From an uncultured bacterium (GTDB taxonomy: Bacteria > Actinomycetota > Acidimicrobiia > Spongiisociales > UBA5794), in contig CAVZRA010000013.1 in assembly GCA_963777645.1 (NCBI GenBank), positions 86,514-150,513 on the forward strand: a DNA stretch of 64,000 bases, given 5' to 3'. Below, piece by piece: positions 36,695 through 45,808 of the stretch; the first letter of the stretch is position 1; each line of letters starts with the position of its first letter. The translations under genes were made by a program, and so were the position numbers. The notes under the pieces are model-generated. The model had not been told where the DNA came from and ran no database searches. It was given only the letters and a program-made list of their open reading frames with translations.

Positions 36695-37375
36695 ATGGCC
36701 GTACGGCGAGGCTGGGTGCTCGAATACGACGTCGATGACGTCGTACGCAGCCAGTCCGCCGATCCGGCTGCCATTCGAGTTCGTCGACCAAAGCTGATCG
36801 AGCTATCCGAGCGAGCGCTCGACGAGGGACGCACCCTCATCGAGCCCCTGGTGTTGATGAAGCGAATCCCTGTCGAGAGAAGTCGACACAACCGGATTAC
36901 GCTCGCAGACGGTAACCACCTTTCCGGGCCGCTCATCACAGAGCACCTTGGTGGTGCTGACGAGATTGTGGTCCTGCTGTGCACAATCGGAGACAAGCTC
37001 GGCAGACGCGCACTCGCCAAGAGCGAAGCGAACGTGAGCTATGGCTTTGCCCTCGATGCCGTCGGATCGGCAGCGGTCTATTCCCTCAACGCGGCCGCAT
37101 GCAACGTTATCGAACAGGAGGCGATCAGCGCAGGGCTCCAAACCAGCCTTCCCCTCAGCCCGGGGATGGAGGGGTGGGGTGTTGACCCGGGACAGCGCGA
37201 GCTTTTCGAGCTGATCGACGCAGACGAAGTAGGCGTGACCCTCTCCCCCACGCTGGAAATGAGGCCACTGAAGTCTCTCTCCGCCGTCATCGGTGTCGGC
37301 GCCGACATCGCCACCAAGGGAGCCATCTGTGACTACTGCGCGCTGCACGACACCTGCCGCCACCGCATCGCCTAA
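36695..37375 (+). CDS. Stand-alone MetH activation-domain-like protein (Met_synt_B12)
   Basis: 'LSPGMEGWGVDPGQRELFELIDADEVGVTLSPTLEMRPLKSLSAVIGVG' resembles the AdoMet-binding reactivation domain. The C-terminal Cys cluster is 'CDYCALHDTC'. Confidence 0.65.
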   Translation: MAVRRGWVLEYDVDDVVRSQSADPAAIRVRRPKLIELSERALDEGRTLIEPLVLMKRIPVERSRHNRITLADGNHLSGPLITEHLGGADEIVVLLCTIGDKLGRRALAKSEANVSYGFALDAVGSAAVYSLNAAACNVIEQEAISAGLQTSLPLSPGMEGWGVDPGQRELFELIDADEVGVTLSPTLEMRPLKSLSAVIGVGADIATKGAICDYCALHDTCRHRIA

Positions 37376-37405
37376 CAAGGATTCAGCAAACAGGATGGGA
37401 CAACA

Positions 37406-37978
37406 ATGACGAAGCCGGAAGCCTTCGAGGCCCAGACCGAGGCTCTTCGCTTCGGTGACCGCAAGGAGAAGGGAATCTGGAGGAAGATCAGGTTCCTTAT
37501 TCAGGATCACCCGACACCGTTGGTGTGGACTTGGAAGCTGGCCGAGGCCATCCTCAAACGTATGGGCGGTCTGTTCGAAAAGGTGGGAGTCAAGCGTGCG
37601 TCGCGCTGGACGAAGCCTATCGAAGAGCTTGTCAAAAAGCCGCTCTTTGACTGTCAGATGTGCGGTCAGTGCATCCTCCATTCCACCGGCATGACCTGCC
37701 CCATGACTTGCCCGAAACAACTCCGCAATGGCCCATGTGGCGGGGTTCGCATGGATGGCAAGTGTGAGGTCAAGCCGGAGGCCGATTGCATCTGGGTGAA
37801 AGCCATCGAACGGTCGGCTAAGACGAGCTACTCGCTAGAGATCGGCAAGCTCAATCCCCCTGTTGATTGGCAACTGCACAAGGCAGCATCCTGGGTGACC
37901 ATGGCAATCGGGCGCGATCAGGTGGTCACCGGAAGCGGCAGCGGCCCACACCACGCTTCGGAGGTCATCTCCTCGTGA
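37406..37978 (+). CDS. metV: MetV (methylene-THF reductase C-terminal-domain, Cys-rich subunit)
   Basis: 'CQMCGQCILHSTGMTCPMTCPKQLRNGPCGG' matches the MTHFR_C zinc-ribbon-like motif. Confidence 0.75.
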   Translation: MTKPEAFEAQTEALRFGDRKEKGIWRKIRFLIQDHPTPLVWTWKLAEAILKRMGGLFEKVGVKRASRWTKPIEELVKKPLFDCQMCGQCILHSTGMTCPMTCPKQLRNGPCGGVRMDGKCEVKPEADCIWVKAIERSAKTSYSLEIGKLNPPVDWQLHKAASWVTMAIGRDQVVTGSGSGPHHASEVISS

Positions 37979-38955
37979 CAACACCCCAGAACCAACCTTC
38001 GGGAAACATTGCCCCCTCGCAGAGTCGTCTCGCTCGCGTCCTCCAAGCAGGTCACTTTGCTCTTACTCTCGAGATCTCACCACCGGTCGGCCCCAACCGG
38101 GCGGCAGTCGATAGCCAGATCAAGCTGCTATCTGACTACGCCGATGCCTTCAATGTCACCGACAATCAATCAGCCCGAGTGCACGCCTCGAGCCTTGCGG
38201 TGAGCATCATGCTGAAGCAGGCGGGACTCGATCCCATACTCCAGGTGACCTGCCGCGACCGCAACCGGTTGGGTATCCAATCCGACCTGCTTGGCGCATC
38301 GATGTACGGCATCACTAATGTCCTCGCCCTCAGCGGAGACGCCCCCATATGGGGGGATCATCCGCAGACAAAGGGAGTCTTCGAGATCGACTCGATCAAT
38401 CTGGTCCGGATCTTGCGCATGATGCGCGACGACCAGGTTTTCGAAAACGGCAAAGGGATCCCCAAGATCGCTCCTGAGTACTTCATCGGTGCCGCAGCCA
38501 ACCCGTTTGCTCCTCCGCATGACTTTCGACCGGTTCGGCTGGCCAAGAAGATCGCAGCCGGAGCCGACTTCATCCAGACCCAATTGGTCTACAACGTGCC
38601 TCGCTTCCGAGAATATATGCGGCGCGTCGTTGACATGGGTCTTCACGAGAAGACTGCCATTCTGGCCGGAGTCGGCCCAATTCGGTCGGCACGAGGCGCC
38701 GAGTTCATGAAGAACGAGGTTGCCGGGATGGACATCCCGGACGAGATCGTCTCCCGTATGAAGGGCCTCGACAAAGAGAAGGCAGCGGAGGAAGGCGTCA
38801 ACATCTGCATCGAGATCGCTGAAGAAGTACGCCAGATCGAGGGCGTGCGCGGCCTCCACGTGATGGCAGTTTCGTGGGCCTCGATCCTTCCCGAGTTGGT
38901 GACCCGTCTTGGACTTCATCCCAGACCGGATGTCTCGCTGGAGACCGCAACTTGA
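37975..38955 (+). CDS. metF: Methylenetetrahydrofolate reductase
   Basis: 'FALTLEISPP', 'NVTDNQSA', 'TCRDRN' and 'NVLALSGD'. GTG 37975 overlaps the metV stop (GTGA). Confidence 0.85.
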   Translation: MTTPQNQPSGNIAPSQSRLARVLQAGHFALTLEISPPVGPNRAAVDSQIKLLSDYADAFNVTDNQSARVHASSLAVSIMLKQAGLDPILQVTCRDRNRLGIQSDLLGASMYGITNVLALSGDAPIWGDHPQTKGVFEIDSINLVRILRMMRDDQVFENGKGIPKIAPEYFIGAAANPFAPPHDFRPVRLAKKIAAGADFIQTQLVYNVPRFREYMRRVVDMGLHEKTAILAGVGPIRSARGAEFMKNEVAGMDIPDEIVSRMKGLDKEKAAEEGVNICIEIAEEVRQIEGVRGLHVMAVSWASILPELVTRLGLHPRPDVSLETAT

Positions 38956-38986
38956 TCCTCGAGTCGTGGAACCGGCTACCCGCTCG

Positions 38987-39003
38987 TATTGACAGTACCA
39001 ATA
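38987..39003. promoter_or_regulatory. Operator-like site H: TATTGA-CAGTA-CCAATA (flanks G...C)
   Basis: 11 of 12 matches, upstream of the BMP lipoprotein gene at 39140. Confidence 0.5.
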
Positions 39004-39139
39004 CTCAAACTCTAGCCTTAGACCTACTAGACCGATTCATATGCGCAAGACACCCTCTCCAGTTCATCGGCACAGGCCGTCTCGGAGAGACCCAAAAGCA
39101 CATACCCGGTCGCTACAACCAAGGAGGAGAGGCGTGACC

Positions 39140-40216
39140 ATGAAGCGAATCGCAATCGTTTTGGTGGCCTTGGCCCTGGCAGTAACTGCCTGTGGAGGAG
39201 ACAACGAACCGTCAGAAACAACTGTCACCCCGGGTACCGAGACGACAGCAGCTACTGCCGAGACAACTGCCGCCCCGGATACCGCGACGACGGCAACGAC
39301 TGCGGAAACCGGTATCCGAGTCGCCCTGGTAACGCCGGGCGAGATCAATGACTTGTCGTGGAACCAGGTGATGTACGAGGGCGCAGAAGCTCTCAAGGCC
39401 GAGGGTCTGATCAGTGACTTTTCGTACACCGAACTGGTACCGGAGGGAGATGCCGAGCGAGCGATTCGTGGCTATGCCGAGGACGGCTATGACCTCATCG
39501 TCGCCCACTCATTCGGATATGGAGAAACGGCATTGGCCGTCGCCGCCGACTTTCCCGATACCGCATTTGCCTGGGCAGGCGGCATCGAAGGTCAAACCGG
39601 CAACCTCGCCGACTATGCACAGCCTTTCTACGAGGCCTATTACCTTGCTGGAATCCTTGCTGGTGGCGTCACGAAGACTGATGTGCTCGGCGGAGCCGGT
39701 GGCTTCGACATACCGGTTTGTCACTCGCTGATCGAAGCGTTCTACCTTGGCGCCCAGGAAGTCAACCCGGCTGTGCGCGGCGTAACAGCATACGTTGGCG
39801 ACTGGATTGACGTCGTCAAAGCCAAGGAAGCCGCAAGTGCTGCGGCGGCCGACGGCGCTGATGTGTTTGCAGCCTGCGGTGAAGGTCCTGTCCTGGGCCA
39901 GATCGAGCTGGCGAAGGAGCAGGGACTTTATGCCATCGGCTATGTCGGTGACATGTCATCCCTTGCCCCAGCCTCCGTCCTGGCCTCAGTGACATGGAAC
40001 ACCAAAGAACTCCTGCGGCCGATGATCGAGGACGTCATGGCCGGCACATTCACACCGGCGAAGTATTACTCAGTCGGCGTTGCAGACGACGGATTGATTG
40101 TGAAGATCAACCCCGAGCTCGAAGGTGATATCAGTCAAGCCGCCATGGATCTGTATACCCAGCGTCTCCAGGAGATCAAGGACGGGACATTCACGGTTCC
40201 ATTCATAACGGAATAG
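39140..40216 (+). CDS. BMP/PnrA-family ABC substrate-binding lipoprotein
   Basis: ATG 39140 follows AAGGAGGAGAGG. The lipobox is 'LAVTACGG', followed by a Thr/Ala-rich linker and a BMP-family body. Confidence 0.85.
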   Translation: MKRIAIVLVALALAVTACGGDNEPSETTVTPGTETTAATAETTAAPDTATTATTAETGIRVALVTPGEINDLSWNQVMYEGAEALKAEGLISDFSYTELVPEGDAERAIRGYAEDGYDLIVAHSFGYGETALAVAADFPDTAFAWAGGIEGQTGNLADYAQPFYEAYYLAGILAGGVTKTDVLGGAGGFDIPVCHSLIEAFYLGAQEVNPAVRGVTAYVGDWIDVVKAKEAASAAAADGADVFAACGEGPVLGQIELAKEQGLYAIGYVGDMSSLAPASVLASVTWNTKELLRPMIEDVMAGTFTPAKYYSVGVADDGLIVKINPELEGDISQAAMDLYTQRLQEIKDGTFTVPFITE

Positions 40217-40232
40217 TAGAACCCAGCCTGTC

Positions 40233-41716
40233 TTGACACAAATACCCCTACACGAAACGGATACCCCGGCCATCACGGTGACCGGGGTATCCCGACACTT
40301 TGGGCTCGTGCGAGCATTGTCCGACGTGAGCCTGGAGTGCCGCTACGGTGAGGTCCTTGCCATCCTGGGCGAAAACGGGGCAGGCAAGACAACGCTGATG
40401 AGGATCCTCGCCGGCTTGGATCAAGCCAGCTCCGGTCAGCTTCTCAAACGTTCCGAGCCCTACCGACCTCGCTCTCCGCGTGACGCGGTCAGTGCCGGAG
40501 TCACGCTGGTCCAGCAGCATTTTGCGCTGGTTCCAACGATGACCGCCGCAGAGAATATCCTCCTATTCCGCAGCCAACGCCGGATGCGTACGACCCGCGA
40601 TAAGGCTGCAAGCGATCTGGAAGCACTGTCGGCTCGACTTGGATTCAAGATCGATTCCGACAAGACCCGTTGGCGAGATGTCCGTGGGCGCACGGCAACG
40701 GCTGGAGTTACTGCGAGCCCTCGACTCCAATCCAGATGTATCTGCTCCTCGATGAGCCAACCGCGGTCCTGACCGATGCAGAATCCGATTCTCTTCTGGA
40801 GATCGTGCGGAGTCTTGCTCATGACGACAACCGATCAATTGTCTTCATCACGCACAGGCTCCGTGAAGTCGTCAAAGCTGCGGATCGCGTCGTCGTGCTG
40901 CGCAATGGCAGAGTCGTTGCACCCGGCGCACCCGTTGGTGAGCGGACAGCTGCAGAACTAGCGGGAGAGATGGTGGGCTCGGACGTCCACGATGCGATCC
41001 GCACGGCACAGCGTCTCGGCAAACCACGTCTGATCCTCGACGGGCTAACCGCCGCCGAAGTCGGTCCGATCAGCCTGATCGTCCACGAGGGAGAGGTGCT
41101 CGGAATTGCAGGCGTCGGCGGCAACGGCCAGACCGAACTCGAGGCGGTTTTGATCGGAGCCAGGCATTGCACCGGCGGAAAGGCCGACTTCGACGGAATC
41201 AGCTTGGCGGACATTCACCCGCGCCATCGCATCGCCAGCAACATCGCTGTACATCCCATCCGACCGCGACAAGACCGCACTCGTCGGGCCAATGCGCTGC
41301 GACGAGAACCTTCTGCTCGGGCGCACTACCCGCCTGGCGCGGCGTCACCGAGAAAGCGAAACCCCTTATGGACGAGTGGTCGGTGATTGGGTTGCCCGAG
41401 TTGGCGGCAAATGCCTTGTCAGGAGGCAACGCTCAAAAGCTGGTTGCCGCCCGTGAGATGGAAGGCGGCCCGGCATTGATACTTGCCTTCCAACCCACCC
41501 GTGGACTTGATCCGGGAGCCACCGCCTTCTCTACGCCAGGCTCTGCTCGACATGACTGCTGCAGGCAGCGCCGTTCTGTGGGTCTCCGCTGATCTCGACG
41601 AGCTTCTCTCGGTCTCCGATCGGATCATGGTCATGTTCTCAGGCAGCATCGCAGGCGAGTTCGAGCCACCGTTCGACCGTGGCGCGATTGGTCTCGCTAT
41701 GGCAGGTATGACATGA
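40233..41716 (+). pseudogene. Two-domain ABC ATPase (nucleoside/sugar type) interrupted by about 5 frameshifts
   Basis: Homologous segments run in frames 0,1,2,0,1,2 ('GENGAGKTTL', 'VGEMSVGARQRLELLRAL', 'LLLDEPTAVL', 'GVGGNGQTEL', 'YIPSDRDK', 'LSGGNAQK', '[10 protein letters not shown]'). The shifts are near 40668, 40741, 41249, 41340 and 41530, and each is resolved by deleting one base. The intact paralog is at 58480. Confidence 0.8.
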
Positions 41717-42852
41717 CCGTCGACGAATCGCACACTGACCCGCAACCACCTGCCGACGGTTTGACCAACTCGCTGCTACATCGCGGACTGCAATCTGGAG
41801 TATTCATCGTCCTTGGATCCGTCACGGCTGCACTACTGGTCGGGGCAATCCTCATCTTGTGGGTCGGGGAGAATCCTCTCAATGTCTATCGGGTCATCTT
41901 CACCGAATCCCTACTCAAGGCTACGGGCTGGCGTGACACGCTCATCCAGGCAACGCCTCTTGGCATCATCGGTCTTGGGCTTGCATTTGGCTTCCGGGCG
42001 GGCGTCTGGAACATCGGGGCAGAGGGACAGCTGATCGTTGGCACAGTCACGGCCATCGCCGTCGTTGGCCCGATGCGCGATCTGCCGGGCATCATCGTCA
42101 TTCCTGCCGGGCTTCTTGCTGCGATGGTGGGGGGTGCAGCCTGGGGAGCGGTGGCAGCATATCTTCATGTCAAGTTTGCGGTAAACGCTGTGATCGCAAC
42201 ATTACTGATGGTCTTCATCGCCGAACCGTTGCTCAACTGGGCAATCCGGGTCCCGTTGAAGGACCCGGCAACGTTCCTCCCGCAGAGCCGCACCGTAGGC
42301 AACGGGGCATTGCCCGAGATCTTCAACACGAACATGCATGTCGGGATCCTGGCACTCTTCGTGTTGGTTCCAGTCGCAGCCTGGGCAATGAACTACTCTC
42401 GGTTTGGCTACCTCGTACGCGCCCACGGGGCTAACCGTTATGCGGTCTACGCCAACGAAAGCCGGCCCGGCCGTCTTCCGTTCATTCTTCTCGCCCTCGG
42501 TGGATCCCTCGCCGGTGCAGCGGGATTCATCCAGCTGGCTGGAGTCCAGATGCGGGTTGGCAGTGGTACCGCCGCCGGGTTCGGCTTTACCGCGATCATC
42601 GTTGCCATTCTCGGTCGTAACCGTCCGGTTGGCGTGTTCTTGGCTGCCATCGGCCTTTCAGCGATGCTGGTAGGAGCAGAGGCAGCGCAACGCCTGCTCG
42701 GACTGCCGGTTGCGCTCACCCAATCGATCCAACCGATCATCGTGATATTCGTAGTTGCCGGTGAAGCCTTCAGTGCGCGTGCGCTGAAACGAGAGGCTGA
42801 ACGGGTAGCGGCAATCGCCGCAATCCAACTAGGAGCCGGGGCCCAGATATGA
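41713..42852 (+). CDS. ABC transporter permease (BMP-type system)
   Basis: 379 aa and multi-pass. It is paralogous to 60042-61187. ATGA overlap with the upstream ATPase reading frame. Confidence 0.85.
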   Translation: MTVDESHTDPQPPADGLTNSLLHRGLQSGVFIVLGSVTAALLVGAILILWVGENPLNVYRVIFTESLLKATGWRDTLIQATPLGIIGLGLAFGFRAGVWNIGAEGQLIVGTVTAIAVVGPMRDLPGIIVIPAGLLAAMVGGAAWGAVAAYLHVKFAVNAVIATLLMVFIAEPLLNWAIRVPLKDPATFLPQSRTVGNGALPEIFNTNMHVGILALFVLVPVAAWAMNYSRFGYLVRAHGANRYAVYANESRPGRLPFILLALGGSLAGAAGFIQLAGVQMRVGSGTAAGFGFTAIIVAILGRNRPVGVFLAAIGLSAMLVGAEAAQRLLGLPVALTQSIQPIIVIFVVAGEAFSARALKREAERVAAIAAIQLGAGAQI

Positions 42853-43803
42853 TCCTTGGCCAAACCGACATCGTCTCGATCGCATTTTGGGCAACCGTGC
42901 TCGCCGCAGGAGTACGTCTTGCTGTCTCCGTCGGAATGGCTGCACTGGGTGAGATGATCAACGAAAGAGCCGGTGTACTCAACCTGGGTCTCGAGGGCGT
43001 CATGCTCATCGCTGGCTTCGCCGGGTTCGCTGCATCTTTCGAATCCGGCTCGCCATGGCTCGGTCTTGGAGTTGGATTCATCGTCGGGGGCCTGGTCGGT
43101 GCGCTATTCGCCTTCTTGGTCGTGGTACTTAGAGCCGACCAGGTCGTGACGGGCCTCGCTCTCACTCTTTTCGGTATCGCATTCACTGCTTTCCTGAATC
43201 GCGAGATCTATGGCGGCGGCAGTACCCCGCCACGGGCTCCTAAGCCGGGCGTGTGGGAGATTCCGATCTTGAAGAACATCCCGATTCTTGGCGAAGGATT
43301 GTTTAGCCAATCCCAGGTGGCGTATCTCGCAATCCTGATCACCGTGCTCCTTGTCGTGTACTTGCGGCGTAGCTACTGGACAATCGTGCTGGACGCGGTC
43401 GGAGAAGAGCCCCGAGCCGCTGACGCGGCCGGTCATTCCGTAGTAGTCGTTCGGTTTATCGCCACCGTTGCCGGCTCTTGTTTGGCTGGTCTTGCCGGAG
43501 CCCTTCTCATCGTCGGCCAACTCGGATTCTTCAACACCAACATCACCGCAGGGCGTGGCTTCATCGCCGTGGCCCTGGTTATCTTCGGTCGATGGCGACC
43601 GGGAGGCATCGCGCTCGGAGCGCTCCTGTTTGGCGCCCTCGACGCTCTTGCAGTTCCGCTTCCAAACTCTCGACACCGCTATCCCGTTCGAATTCTTTAT
43701 CGCGCTGCCCTTCGCCGTCACACTCATCGCCGTGGCGTTCGGCGCCAAGAGAGCCCGCGAACCATCTGCCCTCACAATCCCGTTCTTCCGAGAAACGGAA
43801 TAG
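42849..43803 (+). pseudogene. ABC transporter permease with one frameshift near 43650
   Basis: Frame 0 is good through 'GALLFGALDAL'. The true C-terminus 'QFRFQTLDTAIPFEFFIALPFAVTLIAVAF...' continues in frame +1 and ends at 43803. Compare the intact paralog, 'FLDGLQLSLQAVGFDLPYQLLLALPF'. Confidence 0.75.
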
Positions 43804-43867
43804 ACGGCCAATGCGTGGCAAGTTCGATACAAGACACGGAATCGACCAACATGACGGAGGGTACACA

Positions 43868-44621
43868 ATGGGAAAGCTAGAGGGACGGGTCGCGATAGTC
43901 ACCGGCGGTGCCGGTGTGATTGGTACCGCATATTGCAAAGGGTTCGCAGCAGAAGGTGCCGCCGTCGTGGTAGCAGATATGGCAGACGCGATCCGGGTTG
44001 GTTGCCGAGCTGAAGGCGGCCGGGCATCAGGCTCTGGCAGTGAAAGTCGATATCTCGGATGCCGCTTCGACTGAGGCAATGGCTAAGACGGTACTTGATG
44101 AATTTGGCAGGATTGATGATCTTGGTCGAACAACGCTGCCTTCTTCAAGTCCGTCACCCGTGGACCGTTCGAAGAAATCTCGGTCGAAGAGTGGGACCTG
44201 ACGATGGCGGTCAACGTGCGGGGCCCCTGGCTGTGCTGCAAGAGCAGTGCTACCGGCGATGAAGAAACAGGGTCACGGCCGAATAATCAACATCTCATCC
44301 AACGTCGTGTGGAAAGGAGTCCCCGGGTTCCTGCACTACACAACCTCGAAATCAGCCCTGCTCGGCTTCACCCGGGCCATGGCTCGCGAAGTCGGCGAGT
44401 TTGGTATCACCGTCAACAATGTGGCACCTGATTTCATCCCGGATGACGCGTTGCGCGCCCACCAGCCGGGCAACGAGGATGCCGTAAATGCACAACGTGC
44501 CATCAAGCGCACCTCCGTGCCCGAGGACATGGTGGGAACCGTTCTCTACCTGTCGAGCGATGACGCTTCGTTCGTCACGGGTCAGGCGATCTTGGTCAAC
44601 GGCGGCGCCTTCATGTATTGA
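43868..44621 (+). pseudogene. SDR-family oxidoreductase (FabG-like) interrupted by 3-4 frameshifts
   Basis: 'GRVAIVTGGAGVIG' (frame 2), 'VAELKAAGHQALAVKVDISD' (frame 0), 'NNAAFF...MAVNVRGPW' (frame 2) and 'GRIINISS...YTTSKSAL' (frame 0). Extra bases lie near 43997, 44124/44128 and 44246. Confidence 0.75.
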
Positions 44622-44651
44622 CCCCTAGGTGCCGTTCGTGATGTCCCAAAT

Positions 44652-44668
44652 GTTTGATATGATCAATA
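44652..44668. promoter_or_regulatory. Operator-like site I: GTTTGA-TATGA-TCAATA
   Basis: 10 of 12 matches with a perfect right half. It lies 23 nt upstream of the Rieske oxygenase ATG. Confidence 0.4.
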
Positions 44669-44690
44669 CTCCAAGTCGAGGAGGGACAGG

Positions 44691-45771
44691 ATGACTGAGG
44701 TCGCGCAAGGCATCGACGTAGACGTCTCGGAATTGGTAAACGAGCTGGACGAAGCGGGCGAAGAGCGGCTGTACCAGTCGCTCCACTACTTCTGGCATCC
44801 GGTGATGTTCGCCGAAGACCTCGGCGAACATCCGCAGCGAGTCGTCCTACTCGACAAGACCGTGGCCATTGCCCGCCTTCAAGGGAAGGTCCATGCGTTC
44901 TACGACCTTTGTATGCACCGCGGTGCCGCAATCTCACTCGGCGAGGTGGATGACGGATGTATTCGCTGCCCCTATCACGGATGGAAATACGATGCGACCG
45001 GGCAGTGCGTCGAGATCCCATCTCGCCCACAACTCTCACGTCTCACCCACGCCAAACTGACGCCATACCTCTGCGAAGAGCGCTATGGCATCATCTGGGT
45101 CAGCCTCACTGACAAGCCATACTTCGACATCCCCGAGCTGCATCAATGGGACGATCCGCAATTCCGATTCATCCGCGGTCCCGTCACAGAGTGGCGATGC
45201 TCCTCACCGCGGCGTCTGGAGAATTACGTCGACTTCGGGCACTTCTCGTGGGTGCACGACGGTTTTCTCGGGTCACGAGAGAATCCCGAGGTGACCGACC
45301 ACGACGTTTCGATGGAAGACGGCGAAATGCGCGTGACGCCAAACCGTCCACGAACCAGTGACCGGCAAGTTCAAGGCCCACCTGGGGGCCGCCGGCGAGA
45401 TGATCACCGCCCTGAACGTCTATCGAGTGTTCCTCCCCCACGCGGTGAACCTCGACCGCCACTTCGATGGCGGCGGACGCTACATCCTGTTCATGGCGCC
45501 GTCGCCGGTCGGCAGGAAACAGACCAGGAGTTTCTGGTACATCGGCCGCAACTATGCGACCGAGCCAGAACATGACGCTGAGTTCCTGGACTTCGAGCTC
45601 CAGATCCTCGAGCAAGACAAACCGGTAGTGGAGTCGCAGCGGCCCGAGCAGCTGCCGTTGGACCTGACCAAGGAGCTACATATCAAGGTAGCCGACAAGA
45701 TCTCCCTGAACTATCGACGAGCTCTGATCCGGATCGCCGACGAACTGAGCCCGGCAACAGAAGACGACTAA
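44691..45771 (+). pseudogene. Rieske [2Fe-2S] non-heme-iron oxygenase alpha subunit (about 360 aa, VanA/NdmA-size class) with one frameshift near 45339
   Basis: Rieske motif 'CMHRG...CPYHGWKY'. Frame 0 is good through 'GEMRVT', and the C-terminal catalytic part continues in frame +1 ('QTVHEPVTGKFKAH...YILFMAPSPV'). Confidence 0.75.
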
Positions 45772-45808
45772 TCGGCATATCGCCGACATCTGGAAAGGAG
45801 TAATAGCG

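Noticed and set aside
40233-45771. Programmed +1 ribosomal frameshifting as the cause of the uniform +1 shifts.
   Set aside because: About 13 events fall in unrelated genes, with no shared slippery or stall motif at the sites I could localise. Insertion-type sequence error or decay is far more parsimonious.
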